Source: a virus (lineage: Duplodnaviria > Caudoviricetes). Taken from it: DNA of 62,584 bases. A program made the translations under genes and the position numbers. The notes under the pieces were generated by a model, which was not told the origin of the DNA, did not search any database, and saw only the letters and a program-made list of their open reading frames with translations. Below are positions 28,726-38,693 of this stretch, piece after piece; within the stretch, counting starts at the first letter, position 1; each line of letters starts with the position of its first letter. The stretch is taken from the IMG/VR virus record IMGVR_UViG_3300018036_000008, positions 1 to 62,584 of that record; one strand, written 5' to 3'.

Positions 28726-29781
28726 TTACCTACCTTGTGGTATAAATATATTCAAAGGTGTGTTACCCAATACTTGTTGTGTTCCTTGTCCACTAAAAGC
28801 CCGCTGATTACTTACACCACCTCTACTCTGTGAACCACTACCTAAACTTGTAGGGGGTCCAATGTAAGTACTTTGTGTGTGGTTATCGTACACCCGACCC
28901 GCCTTGAAAGTCATAGACCACTCTAAGTTAGTTGGCTTGTCTTGTGCAAAGGAATAATCAAAACTCTCTATGTGGCCAATATATGTCATCTGGTCATAGT
29001 TTATAGCAATAGCCCCTACCATTAAATTAGTTTCTGTCTTATTAATAGTATCAAAGATTAAACCATTATTCTTAAACATATGAAGCAAACTTACAAAGTT
29101 CTGGTAAGCGGCTGAGTTTCTTCTGGAAGCCCATTGACATCCTGTAATAGTATCACTTGTATTATTAAAAGGAGCCGTTACATAAGCCCCGGTAGTACCA
29201 CTAATACTAATGTCTAACTGTTCTGTACCCCATCTTTGGAAGTTCTTACCAAACCTTCCAGCATCTCCATACTGTTGTACATCTGTATAACTTAAACTGA
29301 AACTACTTGGATTTACTAATAATGTAAGTGTAGGGGCTTCTAACATTGCTTGTACTTGGTAAGCAATGTCCGCGGCTGTATAACCATCTACAATAACACT
29401 TCGTTCCCTCTCAGAAGTGGCATTAGCCAAAGTTGTACCCTTAGATAAGATCTGTTGTAATTTGTTTAATACTTGTGTACTTGAACCTGCTATATTTCCA
29501 ACACCAAAAGAGTTTCTATATTCCTGTGCGTATTGTTGGTATTGTTCTGTTTCCCTTCCAGCCTTAGCCAATAAACTAACATTGTAACCACTACCTGTCG
29601 GGGTTATTACCTCTGGTGGAATATAACTAAGTGTAAAAGGAGATAGTTGTCTAAAGAAAGGATTACCATTGTCTACAGGAATAGTATCTTGTTGTTCAAA
29701 TGTATAGATTAAATTAGGATGTACTGGTAATCTATTGTACCTTTCTGCTATAAGGTCTGGTCTTACTTCAATTTTAGCCAC
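28726..29781 (-). CDS. Tail tube initiator/baseplate tube-like protein
   Basis: LLVNPSSFSLSY...WGTEQLDISISGTTG...YIGHIESFDYS pattern; synteny. Confidence 0.6.
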   Translation of the reverse strand: MAKIEVRPDLIAERYNRLPVHPNLIYTFEQQDTIPVDNGNPFFRQLSPFTLSYIPPEVITPTGSGYNVSLLAKAGRETEQYQQYAQEYRNSFGVGNIAGSSTQVLNKLQQILSKGTTLANATSERERSVIVDGYTAADIAYQVQAMLEAPTLTLLVNPSSFSLSYTDVQQYGDAGRFGKNFQRWGTEQLDISISGTTGAYVTAPFNNTSDTITGCQWASRRNSAAYQNFVSLLHMFKNNGLIFDTINKTETNLMVGAIAINYDQMTYIGHIESFDYSFAQDKPTNLEWSMTFKAGRVYDNHTQSTYIGPPTSLGSGSQSRGGVSNQRAFSGQGTQQVLGNTPLNIFIPQGR

Positions 29782-30325
29782 GAATAGTTCTCCAGTTTTG
29801 TATCTCTTGTGAACAAATAAAACTTGTACTCATTGTAAACTTAAAAGGAGAGTCCTTAGACTCTTCTACACTGAAACTTGTAAACCAGCCTAAGTACACA
29901 CCCCCATCAAAGATAATTTTAATTTTTCCTTGTAAGGCTATATTACCATTTATGTCGAATACAGAACCATTGTTTTGAAACAATGCTAACATATCTAAAT
30001 AAGAGTCATACGCTAAAGTATCTCTTCTAGTTGCACCATTTAATGTAGGGGAAGTATTAGAGATAACACCTGTATATAAACGCATAAAAGTACCTGTTAC
30101 CATGTCTAAGTCTATAGCAATCTCTCCCTCTCCCATATGCTGTTCTACGAAACCACCTTTGGTTTGAATGCGGTTAATTACTTTTTGATACTTAACAGAA
30201 AGACTCTGAGGAGGTACATGAAGAACTAACTTATAATCCTCTGGTAGGATACTTTCCTCTCCGTCTGGTCCAAGTATATCGAAAATAACTGGAGAGTAAG
30301 GTTTCTTATTTGTTAACGCTGGCAT
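29774..30325 (-). CDS. Tail tube initiator-like protein (paralog of 28726..29781)
   Basis: LHVPPQSLSVKY...TKGGFVEQHMGEG...YLGWFTSFSVEES; directly after the tape measure. Confidence 0.6.
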   Translation of the reverse strand: MPALTNKKPYSPVIFDILGPDGEESILPEDYKLVLHVPPQSLSVKYQKVINRIQTKGGFVEQHMGEGEIAIDLDMVTGTFMRLYTGVISNTSPTLNGATRRDTLAYDSYLDMLALFQNNGSVFDINGNIALQGKIKIIFDGGVYLGWFTSFSVEESKDSPFKFTMSTSFICSQEIQNWRTIRG

Positions 30326-30336
30326 TTAACACCTCC

Positions 30337-33300
30337 TTACTTAGAATACATACGAGCACTACCATAACCCATCTTTTTAAGTGTACTGGCTACAGCGCGG
30401 GCCACTCCATCCGCATCTTTAATACCATTAATAGTAATGTTAACATTACCTTGTCCACTCATTCCTATGGCTTTATCTATAGCCCCACCTGGTTTAGCGC
30501 CAAAGAAGTCGTCCTTAGTGTCAATAGGATTAATAGTTCCTGTACGACCATTACCCCTATAAATAAAGTCATTCATAGCTCTACCTAAAACAGCCAAACC
30601 AGACCTTTGATCCTCACCTGGTCGTGCCTTAATAATGTTAGCCAGTTGGGACGCTCCGTTATTTCTTTCTAGGATTTCGGTTACCTTAGAACTGTCCAAA
30701 CCGGAGGCTTTAACAAGTTTTTCCATCTCTTGGTTTTCGAGTTGTTGAAGAATCTTTTTATTAACACTTAGTTCTTCTTTGTCTAGCTTAGCCTTTTCCT
30801 CAGCCCTCTTTTTATCCTGAGTGGCTTGTTGTTCGTCCAATGTGTATTGATTAAGGGCTGTGTCCAGTAACTCACTGTCTAAGGAGTTTTCTGACCAAGC
30901 AGTAGTAAAAGAAACACCCAAAGAATCCGCAAAAGCCTTAGTTTCAGCACTAATACTTGCACCTTGTGTACCAATAGAAGCTTTAACCATTGCTTGTTGT
31001 ACTGCAGATCCTCCTGACGTACTAACTTCCCTTTGTAAGAATCCTGCGTTCATCTGTTCTTGTGTACTTTTACCCCTGAAGTAGTCTTCCGCTGTTTGTC
31101 CTGTTACTGTGGAAAAAGCTGCGTTACGGGCTTCGCTTCCAGACATACCCATCTGAAGGTTTTTGGCTGTCTCTCCTAATAGGTTCTCTTTATTGGACAG
31201 TTTATCTACTTTAGCTTGTTGACTTTCTATCTGACTTAGTAACTGTGACCTCTTAGTAACATCCTTTTCACCTGTGGCTTGTAGTTTTAAGTCGTTTAAC
31301 TTCTTCGTTTCTTCTATGACTACATTTTGTTGTTGTCTTTGTTCCTTTTGTAAGTCCCTAATGTCTTGTAAGGCTTGTGTGTCATCATCTTTACCTACAA
31401 AGTATTCTAGAATACCGTATATACCCTCTAACAACCCTGCAATGGTATTAGAGATAGTTGTACTAATACTTTGTGTTTCTATTAACTGTTGTCTACCTAC
31501 ATTCTCTAACATAGAGTACTCAGCCTGAGAAGCCGCTTCCATTGTCTTTGTATTACTTAAAGTACCCGCGGCTAGTTCCTCGTAAAAACTACCCATTGTT
31601 TTACCTTCCGCCTCGGCAATGGCTTTCATACCTTCGTATTCCGCCATCAAAGCCCTTTCAATACGAATGTTTTGTTCTAACTGTTCACCGGACATACCTA
31701 ACTGTTGTTCTAATAACATTCTAGTCGCAGGGTTATCTGCGGCTTCCGCTAAAGACTTACCTCCTAATAAGGCTTGTCCACTAGCCAGTTCCATAGCGAT
31801 TTCACCTTGTTTAGATAAACCGCCTAAGGACATAGCAACAGCACTAGTACTACCTTCTACACCTTTAGACAAAGTATATAAAGATTGTAACTGTTGTTTA
31901 GCCAAGTTCTCTTGTTCTGTACTCTCTCCTACGATACCCATTAATAACTGTTGGAACTGTTTCTCGTTAAGTTTACCCAAAGCGGCTACATCTACGTTAC
32001 CTGCCCCACCAACATTCCCTAAACCTGCAATGTCTCCAAAGTTCTTCGCAAACTCTTTAGCCTGAGCCTGTGCATCTGCTTTAACAATACTTTGAGATGT
32101 AGCCTTACCTGTAGTAAGTGTGGCTTGAAATCTTTCTTGAAAACCCATAGTACCAAATGTCTTTTCTAAACCTAATTTGGACTTGGCCAAGTCCTCCCCT
32201 AAAATACCTACTAAGTCCGAAAACAATCCTACAGTGTCACCTACACGAAAGTTATACATAGCCATACCACTACTGGCTTCATTGATAGCAGTAAAGAAAC
32301 TTTTTGTAGTAACACCGGCTTTACGAGCCTCGTAAGAGATCATTCCAAAAGCACCTTCAACTTCTGTAAGTCCGTACCCCATTTTACGAAACTGTTCCGC
32401 AAATCCCGCAAAGTCTGACACTTCTATACCAAACCCTTTACTGGCTAAGATGGCTGTTGTAGTTACACTACTAAGTTTAGACATAGCATCTGTATTACCT
32501 TTAACGAAGGATGTTAAGTTACTTAAGGACATACCCGCGTTATGGAACTCATTCATAGCACCAATAATCTCTTTAGAGTCCATTCTCATCTGTGTACCCA
32601 TTTTAAGAGATGCTTTACGAACATCTTCTAAAGTACCAGATAAGTTCTTACCACTAACGGCTAAAAGGTTCATGGCGTTTCCACCACTTACAATTTCTTG
32701 GTTATACTCTTTTGCCTGACCATAAGCGGCTCCAAACACTGCCACAATAGCGGTAATTGCACCAGCCGCAGCGGCTAAACCTGCAGCCGCTGTAGACATC
32801 ATTATACCCGCTTTACCTAAAGACCCACCAGCCTTAACCATAGAACCACCAGCCACTTCCATAACTTTAGATAATCCACCAATACCCCCACCCGTTAAAC
32901 TTTGCATGTCTAGAGACTTACTGGATAAAGCGTTGGCTATACTTTCTGTAGTATCTGTGGTGACTCTACCTACTTCTTGTAATACTTCGAAGGAGTCCAT
33001 CTTGGCTCTTTTGTCAGCCGCTTCTAAGATTTCCGCGCGTCTTTCAGCACCTTTCATCTCTCTTTCTACCCAGTCTTTATGGGCTGTTTCTTGTTGTTCT
33101 AACAAGGCTAAAGCAGCGTCTCTTCTTAAAGTGATCTTTTGTTTCTCATCCTCTGTACTGGCTTTTCTAATGTCTGCGTTAAGTTGTTTAATGTTTTGTT
33201 CAGTGGTCATTCTTAGTTGACCTAAGGCCTTAGTTCTAGTTAAAAGGTCCTCACCCGCAGACTTCATACCTGTTTTATATAACTTTAGTATGGCTTCCAT

Positions 33301-33444
33301 ATTTTCTTCTAGGACGCCGGTCATGGCTTCCCCTAGTTTCTCACCACTACCTGCTAAAGTTTTGTTGAGTTTTTTCATATTACCACCGGAGCCTGTAATA
33401 CTACCGATAGTAAGGTCCATTGCTGCTTCTACATGAATTGTCAT
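30337..33444 (-). CDS. Tail tape measure protein
   Basis: 1035 aa, A/G/Q/E-rich and helical with a hydrophobic Ala/Gly stretch; C-terminal NITINGIKDADGVARAV; synteny. Confidence 0.8.
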   Translation of the reverse strand: MTIHVEAAMDLTIGSITGSGGNMKKLNKTLAGSGEKLGEAMTGVLEENMEAILKLYKTGMKSAGEDLLTRTKALGQLRMTTEQNIKQLNADIRKASTEDEKQKITLRRDAALALLEQQETAHKDWVEREMKGAERRAEILEAADKRAKMDSFEVLQEVGRVTTDTTESIANALSSKSLDMQSLTGGGIGGLSKVMEVAGGSMVKAGGSLGKAGIMMSTAAAGLAAAAGAITAIVAVFGAAYGQAKEYNQEIVSGGNAMNLLAVSGKNLSGTLEDVRKASLKMGTQMRMDSKEIIGAMNEFHNAGMSLSNLTSFVKGNTDAMSKLSSVTTTAILASKGFGIEVSDFAGFAEQFRKMGYGLTEVEGAFGMISYEARKAGVTTKSFFTAINEASSGMAMYNFRVGDTVGLFSDLVGILGEDLAKSKLGLEKTFGTMGFQERFQATLTTGKATSQSIVKADAQAQAKEFAKNFGDIAGLGNVGGAGNVDVAALGKLNEKQFQQLLMGIVGESTEQENLAKQQLQSLYTLSKGVEGSTSAVAMSLGGLSKQGEIAMELASGQALLGGKSLAEAADNPATRMLLEQQLGMSGEQLEQNIRIERALMAEYEGMKAIAEAEGKTMGSFYEELAAGTLSNTKTMEAASQAEYSMLENVGRQQLIETQSISTTISNTIAGLLEGIYGILEYFVGKDDDTQALQDIRDLQKEQRQQQNVVIEETKKLNDLKLQATGEKDVTKRSQLLSQIESQQAKVDKLSNKENLLGETAKNLQMGMSGSEARNAAFSTVTGQTAEDYFRGKSTQEQMNAGFLQREVSTSGGSAVQQAMVKASIGTQGASISAETKAFADSLGVSFTTAWSENSLDSELLDTALNQYTLDEQQATQDKKRAEEKAKLDKEELSVNKKILQQLENQEMEKLVKASGLDSSKVTEILERNNGASQLANIIKARPGEDQRSGLAVLGRAMNDFIYRGNGRTGTINPIDTKDDFFGAKPGGAIDKAIGMSGQGNVNITINGIKDADGVARAVASTLKKMGYGSARMYSK

Positions 33445-33481
33445 ATAAACCTCGTATTAACTATAAGACATTATAGTTAAT

Positions 33482-34699
33482 TTATTTAATCTGTGGTTTA
33501 CGATTGTTTATCTGACTTTGTAAGTCCCCAGAGGTATTAGGTTTTGTTTGTATAGGGTGTGGTGTGTTTTGTTCTGTGGCTCTTTCTGGTCCTTTTTGTC
33601 CTAACACACCCACAACAACCTTAGGAGCCACATACTTGTCATACAAGTAGTTTTTAGAAGAGTCGTGTAGTACACCCGTAGTACGACCGGCTTGTCTTTG
33701 TTTAATCTGTTCTGGTGTTAGTCCTGTTAAGTCTGTAGACCCATCTAATCCTATATCTTGTTTTACATAAAGTTTTTGTAACTCTTGTTGTCTGTGTAAC
33801 TCTTGTTGTTCTCTATACTGTTTTATCTTTTCGTGATAGTCAGCCATTACCATGTCATGGTAGTCTTGTTCTCCTCTCATAACCATTTTCATCTCTTCAA
33901 CCATTTGGTCTACGGAGGGGGCCCCAGACATTTTAGGAACATTAAACTCTCTACCATTATAAGTGACTTTAAATGTTTCTTGAGGTATTACTTCCTCCCC
34001 ATAAATAATAACATTAATAGTACGCTCTATAGTCTCCTGACTTTTCTGTACATGGTTTTGTTCCATTTTAGTTATCATCTTACCTAGTTCTTTAAAGGCC
34101 TTCCCAGACATAGAGCCAGATATAACTTTTGTGTGTTCCCATTGTCTTAACTCGTTTGTACGAATGTCTTCATATGTATTAAAGGCTAACCAAAGTTTAT
34201 ACACTAGTGTACAGTTGTCTTGTGGAAACTGATTATGGCCCATCATCCACTTAGACCTAGAATAAGGTTCATAACTATAAGCTTCTACTATAGGTACACT
34301 ACGATATAATCTATGACGTAAACCTACCAAGATAAAGTAAAGTTTTAACAAAAAAGACTTATGTAGTTTATTGTAAAAGTGTTTATACAAGTAATAAGTG
34401 GCTTCTGTATTTTTATAGGGGTCTATCTCTAAACCATCGACTATCCAAGTCTGACAAGCCAAACTGTAAGCCATAAACTCCACCTCTGTACTAGAGAGTG
34501 TAGCACTTTGGATACGCTTATTATCTTTAGGTAAGGCGGACCTAAACACTACAGACACACCATTTATAACACAAGTATGTGTTAAGAAGCCATATTCTAG
34601 TAACTCCTCCACATCCTCGTAAAAAACTCTTCTGTCTTCCGCTTGTTTTCGGAACAGTTCAGAGTCAATGTAATCTGATATGTCTTCCGAAAAATCCAT
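33482..34699 (-). CDS. Putative tail assembly chaperone
   Basis: Immediately upstream of the tape measure; INGVSVVFRSALP segment. Confidence 0.55.
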   Translation of the reverse strand: MDFSEDISDYIDSELFRKQAEDRRVFYEDVEELLEYGFLTHTCVINGVSVVFRSALPKDNKRIQSATLSSTEVEFMAYSLACQTWIVDGLEIDPYKNTEATYYLYKHFYNKLHKSFLLKLYFILVGLRHRLYRSVPIVEAYSYEPYSRSKWMMGHNQFPQDNCTLVYKLWLAFNTYEDIRTNELRQWEHTKVISGSMSGKAFKELGKMITKMEQNHVQKSQETIERTINVIIYGEEVIPQETFKVTYNGREFNVPKMSGAPSVDQMVEEMKMVMRGEQDYHDMVMADYHEKIKQYREQQELHRQQELQKLYVKQDIGLDGSTDLTGLTPEQIKQRQAGRTTGVLHDSSKNYLYDKYVAPKVVVGVLGQKGPERATEQNTPHPIQTKPNTSGDLQSQINNRKPQIK

Positions 34700-34701
34700 T
34701 A

Positions 34702-35688
34702 TTACATTCTTGGTTTGTAATTAGGATTTCTAGAAGCTACTCTTGGATCTGGGTTAGCGTTAATACTGTTACTTTTAGTGTCCCCTCTTTGGGATAATGT
34801 TTGAGTAGGAAGTCTGAAAGCGTCCACACCATTAATAGAGGCTACGGCTTCTGGTTTAGAGTTTTCAGTGACTTGTTCTTGTGTGTGTTGTACTGGAGGT
34901 TCTACTTGTGTTGTGGGTGGTGGAGTTGTGTGGGGGATAACACTTTGTCTAGTAGGTTGTTGTACAGGGTCTGGTTCTACTTGTTTTTCAAGTTGTTCTA
35001 CATACTCGGCTGCTGAAGTGGCTTCGGAAGCCGCTATTCTTTCTTCTTGGGCTTTAATAGTATGTTCAACCTCTTTACTAAGTTGTTGTCCAATCTCCAC
35101 TAAGTTAGAGATCTGTTGTTTTGTAATACTAGGGTCACCTGCTAACCTTTTGTCCCTCTCTTCTTGTAAGTCGTTAAGTTTAACCTTAACTCTTTCAATC
35201 TCTGCATCTAAGTCACTAATAGACATCTCTACAGTCTTTTCGGCTTCCTCCGCTAAGTTACTAATAAGATCTCCATACTTAGAGAAACAGATAGTAATCA
35301 TGGCTCGTGACCAGTTTTCCGTAATAATGTTTCTAAGGGCTAACTGTCTAGGAAGTTTCTTTTGTACCCCGTTTGGTAATACCTCTCCAGTATCAATAGT
35401 GGTAATGTTTCTAAGGTCTGTATTACCAATTTGAATAAGGGAGTAGGAAATAACTTCGATACGAAACTTGTCGAAGTAGTCTAAAGCCGCGTGTCTAGCC
35501 AGTAAAGAGTTTTCTGTTTCATCTTGTAAGTCTGCCAATAAACTAGCCGCGTACTTTTGACACTCTATTTCTTCTCTTGGTAATAAAGGTCTAAGGACTA
35601 CAGTGGTATTGTTTACCTCTAGTTGTAACTCTTGTTTACCATAGTCGTTTAAAGGTTGTAATGCTTCTTTTAATAAATCTAAGTTCAT
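34702..35688 (-). CDS. Putative tail assembly chaperone
   Basis: VNNTTVVLRPLLPREE segment similar to the next gene; GGAGG RBS. Confidence 0.55.
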   Translation of the reverse strand: MNLDLLKEALQPLNDYGKQELQLEVNNTTVVLRPLLPREEIECQKYAASLLADLQDETENSLLARHAALDYFDKFRIEVISYSLIQIGNTDLRNITTIDTGEVLPNGVQKKLPRQLALRNIITENWSRAMITICFSKYGDLISNLAEEAEKTVEMSISDLDAEIERVKVKLNDLQEERDKRLAGDPSITKQQISNLVEIGQQLSKEVEHTIKAQEERIAASEATSAAEYVEQLEKQVEPDPVQQPTRQSVIPHTTPPPTTQVEPPVQHTQEQVTENSKPEAVASINGVDAFRLPTQTLSQRGDTKSNSINANPDPRVASRNPNYKPRM

Positions 35689-35809
35689 GTTTCCTCCGAA
35701 TCAATAACATAATACATAGTTTTATGTATAAAATGTAAAACTATATGAAATGTCTTAAGAGTTTTTGTTGTAATATACAATGTTGTAAACACAAAAGACG
35801 GAGGTGACT

Positions 35810-35992
35810 ATGTCTTTATCAGAAAAACTTACCCAATTGATTACACAGTTGGAACAAACAAAAGCAGACTTAGAGAAAGTAGAAGCCGGTAAAACTGGAC
35901 AACCTGGTACCCGTTTCCGTAAAGAGGCTAAGACTGTTCAAACAGGTATTGAAGAGATCCGCAAGGAAATCTTGGCTTTACGCAAAAAGTAA
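35810..35992 (+). CDS. Histone H1-like Hc1-family small DNA-binding protein
   Basis: DLEKVEAGKTGQPGTRFRK...EEIRKEI matches the recalled Hc1 N-terminal pattern (GNxAAGTRxRK); GGAGG RBS. Confidence 0.7.
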   Translation: MSLSEKLTQLITQLEQTKADLEKVEAGKTGQPGTRFRKEAKTVQTGIEEIRKEILALRKK

Positions 35993-36011
35993 TACTACAA
36001 TCCTGTTAAAC

Positions 36012-36025
36012 AATAATTTGTTTAT
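36012..36025 (+). promoter_or_regulatory. Putative late promoter AATAATTTGTTTAT
   Basis: Consensus match upstream of the tube gene. Confidence 0.6.
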
Positions 36026-36053
36026 GGCTCCTCTTTGTAGAGGGGCTATTTTT
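36026..36053 (+). terminator. Intrinsic terminator after the Hc1-like gene
   Basis: GCTCCTCT-TTGT-AGAGGGGC followed by ATTTTT. Confidence 0.7.
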
Positions 36054-36083
36054 ATTTAGAGTGTTCCCTCTACAGACCCCTAC

Positions 36084-36097
36084 AATAAACCTTTTAT
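36084..36097 (+). promoter_or_regulatory. Second putative late promoter AATAAACCTTTTAT
   Basis: Consensus match ~30 nt before the tube ATG. Confidence 0.55.
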
Positions 36098-36127
36098 ATC
36101 TTACTTATATATGTAAGGAGGACACTT

Positions 36128-36883
36128 ATGGCAAACACAGATTTAAATCCACAAGGTGGTGTACAAGGATCTTCTCCTTTGTATAGATTTGGAACAACCC
36201 CTAATACAAGATCCGTTATTTCCCAACGATGCAGAGTTTTAACTCCTGCTTATGGTGGAGATAGTGGTGTGTTGTATCAGATGGGTGTATTAGCATCATT
36301 TACTACTTCTCAGTCTAGAACAGTAGAGGCAATTGGTGGTATTGGTTTTGGAGACCAAATTGCAGAACTTGTACCTGGTATGACAGACGCACAAGCGATT
36401 GACTTTTCTAGATCCCTTTTGTATCTTTCTAACTTATGGCAAGCTACTGGTTATGCTGGTGGTGTTAGTGGACCTGTTAGATCTCTTAAACATCACAGAT
36501 GGCCTTTTGACATCAGACAAGAAGTTGTATTTTCTACTTTAGCAGACCAAGAGTTAAGTGGTGGACAAGCACAACCTGGTTCTGGTTTCACAAGTGGTGT
36601 TTCTACTACTACTTACGATGGAAACTTAGGTGGTGGTAATGTAGACGAAACATCTGGAACACATAACATCTTAGTAACTTTCTATGAAGGATGTTGGTGG
36701 ACTTCTTGGGACCAAGGTGGTTTTGAGAAAGACAGTGCCCTTATCTCTGAAGGTGGAAACGCTATGGTTACAGATGTACACGATGGTTCCACTATTTACG
36801 GAGAGTTCTTGAAGAGTGGTAATGATCCTTCACAAGGACAATACGGTTCTATTATCTATAACGGATCTGGATTCTCTAACTAA
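36128..36883 (+). CDS. Tail tube protein (contractile-tail tube fold)
   Basis: MGVLASF...SRTVEAIGGIG...ELVPG...PFDI...TFYEGCW pattern; strong AAGGAGG RBS. Confidence 0.7.
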   Translation: MANTDLNPQGGVQGSSPLYRFGTTPNTRSVISQRCRVLTPAYGGDSGVLYQMGVLASFTTSQSRTVEAIGGIGFGDQIAELVPGMTDAQAIDFSRSLLYLSNLWQATGYAGGVSGPVRSLKHHRWPFDIRQEVVFSTLADQELSGGQAQPGSGFTSGVSTTTYDGNLGGGNVDETSGTHNILVTFYEGCWWTSWDQGGFEKDSALISEGGNAMVTDVHDGSTIYGEFLKSGNDPSQGQYGSIIYNGSGFSN

Positions 36884-36907
36884 GTTAGTTTACTTACCTT
36901 GTAACAT

Positions 36908-36939
36908 AACCCTTACTATTTACTTAGTAAGGGTTTTTT
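36908..36939 (+). terminator. Intrinsic terminator
   Basis: AACCCTTACTA/TAGTAAGGGTT followed by a T-run. Confidence 0.85.
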
Positions 36940-37006
36940 ATTGACTTGTAAACCTCTACATAGAGAAGCCCTGTTAGTATATAAGAACATAACAACAGGA
37001 GGTAAT

Positions 37007-37414
37007 ATGTTCTTATATACAATAATACTAAACTCTTTCGCAGATATGAACATGGTACAAATTGAGGCTACCTTACAAGGTAAATATGCTCAGGTTGTAC
37101 AAAACAATAAGTGTATGTCAACAACCTACGAGTTTACAGACACACAAAATCCTAGAGTAGGTATTCTAAGTCAATCAGACCCAGAGTTTCCGATGTTTAA
37201 CACTACAAAAATATATACTCGTGTGGAAGGTGTTTTCAAGTATAAGTTAAAAGGCTCTGATGGTAGTTGGGAGGGACACTTTGAGTTAAAACTGGACCCA
37301 GAGTTGCAAGTACCTGTTATTACAGAAACTGTTTATATGTCCTACAATCCAGAATACGACAATAAAAGAGAAGTAATTAAAGGTAATCCTATTCCACTAT
37401 ACAAGTGTAAATAA
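37007..37414 (+). CDS. Hypothetical protein, possible N-terminal signal or membrane anchor
   Basis: AGGAGG before ATG 37007. Confidence 0.7.
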   Translation: MFLYTIILNSFADMNMVQIEATLQGKYAQVVQNNKCMSTTYEFTDTQNPRVGILSQSDPEFPMFNTTKIYTRVEGVFKYKLKGSDGSWEGHFELKLDPELQVPVITETVYMSYNPEYDNKREVIKGNPIPLYKCK

Positions 37415-37429
37415 TACATAGAGGTAAAC

Positions 37430-37573
37430 ATGAGTCAACAAGAAGCAATTAAAATCGTTCGTAACTACATTAGAGATAATGGTCGTTCTACAAGACATGA
37501 ACTTTTAGAACAGTATACAGGACAAGAGTTAGAAACAATAAAAGATGCTATGGTTATTGTATGTGGTAGATAA
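37430..37573 (+). CDS. Small hypothetical protein (47 aa)
   Basis: GAGGT RBS; MSQQEAIKIVRNYIRDNGRSTRHELL...CGR*. Confidence 0.65.
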   Translation: MSQQEAIKIVRNYIRDNGRSTRHELLEQYTGQELETIKDAMVIVCGR

Positions 37574-37579
37574 CTCTTT

Positions 37580-37593
37580 AATATGTTGTTTAT
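37580..37593 (+). promoter_or_regulatory. Putative late promoter AATATGTTGTTTAT
   Basis: Identical to 3546-3559 (-). Confidence 0.6.
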
Positions 37594-37597
37594 ACCT

Positions 37598-37633
37598 AAT
37601 AAGTACTAAGTATTACACTTAGTACTTATTTTT
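37598..37633 (+). terminator. Intrinsic terminator
   Basis: AATAAGTACTAAGT/ACTTAGTACTTATT followed by a T-run. Confidence 0.75.
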
Positions 37634-37666
37634 ATTTATAAAACTATAGAAAAAAGAGGATTAACA

Positions 37667-38683
37667 ATGTTTGAGTTAGTGTCTAAATTGTTTGACGAAG
37701 GAATCCTTGAATATGACGACAAAGCTATTCAAGTCTCTGGTCTAGACGAAAACAAATTAATGGAAGAAGTGGAGTTCCACAATGAACTTTATGGTATAAT
37801 CGTTTCTTACATCCCTTATGGTTTAAAAGGACCCCAGACACCTTTCATGGTATACTATGACCAAGAGGCTTTTGAAAACCACGCTCGTGATCGTATTATT
37901 GAACAATACAACAAGTACGGTGAGGTGGATAGAAAATTAGCCTTAGATGCAACCTCGGTACTACTGGAGAGTGTTGTAGAAGAAAGGGCTGAGGGTTTCA
38001 TAGAAGGAGTATTAAAAGATGATATTTTTAACGCAACAGAGTTTTTCCCTTGTGTGCAAGAAAAGTGGGACGAGTTCGAAGAAAAGGCTGATAAACTAAG
38101 AAAGCAGATCGAAGGTTTAGTTTACACTATAGGCGGACTGGAAGAAGTTATTGAAGGTATAGAAGACAATGTAAGTGGTCGTTTACCTAAACCAAACATT
38201 GACAAAAAACTATTTAAAAAGTTAGAACCTTTACTACTCTCCCAAATTGAAAATACTGTAGACCAAGCCTTAATGATTCTAGAAGGATTAGGTACTACAA
38301 CGGAACCTCAAGAACTTAGTAATATACTAGGTAGTACTAAGTTTATTTTGTCTGAGGTTTCCAAAGTTAAAAGATCCCTACATAATGACTTGCAGGATGT
38401 TGTAGAAGACCAAGATGACTTCGAAGAATACGCATGGTGGCAAGAATGTAATATACAAGCCCTTGTAGAAGAACGTGCGAAACAAGAAATAGCTATGTAT
38501 GGTAATTTGTTAGACTTTTACACAGATTTTCTTGGTTATCGTGTAGACCAAGCCTTAGTAGAGTTAGGTTTTGATGTACAAAGGTACGCGGACATTGTTT
38601 TAGAAGAGAACGGACCCTTACAGTACACTCGTGGTACTGGTATTATTGAAGATAATAGTATTGTTGTTGTAGCATTGCGTTAA
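37667..38683 (+). CDS. Acidic coiled-coil protein, paralog 1
   Basis: Shares KLxxLLxS...VxQALxILExLG...ELSN and a C-terminal ALxELGFDxQxY with 39899..40960. Confidence 0.8.
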   Translation: MFELVSKLFDEGILEYDDKAIQVSGLDENKLMEEVEFHNELYGIIVSYIPYGLKGPQTPFMVYYDQEAFENHARDRIIEQYNKYGEVDRKLALDATSVLLESVVEERAEGFIEGVLKDDIFNATEFFPCVQEKWDEFEEKADKLRKQIEGLVYTIGGLEEVIEGIEDNVSGRLPKPNIDKKLFKKLEPLLLSQIENTVDQALMILEGLGTTTEPQELSNILGSTKFILSEVSKVKRSLHNDLQDVVEDQDDFEEYAWWQECNIQALVEERAKQEIAMYGNLLDFYTDFLGYRVDQALVELGFDVQRYADIVLEENGPLQYTRGTGIIEDNSIVVVALR

Positions 38684-38693
38684 GGAGAGTAAA

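Noticed and set aside
34690-34780. Programmed -1 frameshift joining the two chaperone genes
   Set aside because: I saw no XXXYYYZ slippery heptamer near the end of the upstream ORF, and the second gene has its own coupled ATG.
21979-36883. Bacterial T6SS/eCIS locus rather than a phage
   Set aside because: Tape measure, neck genes, thyX, sigma factors and dense orphan genes indicate a phage genome; no T6SS membrane complex is present.
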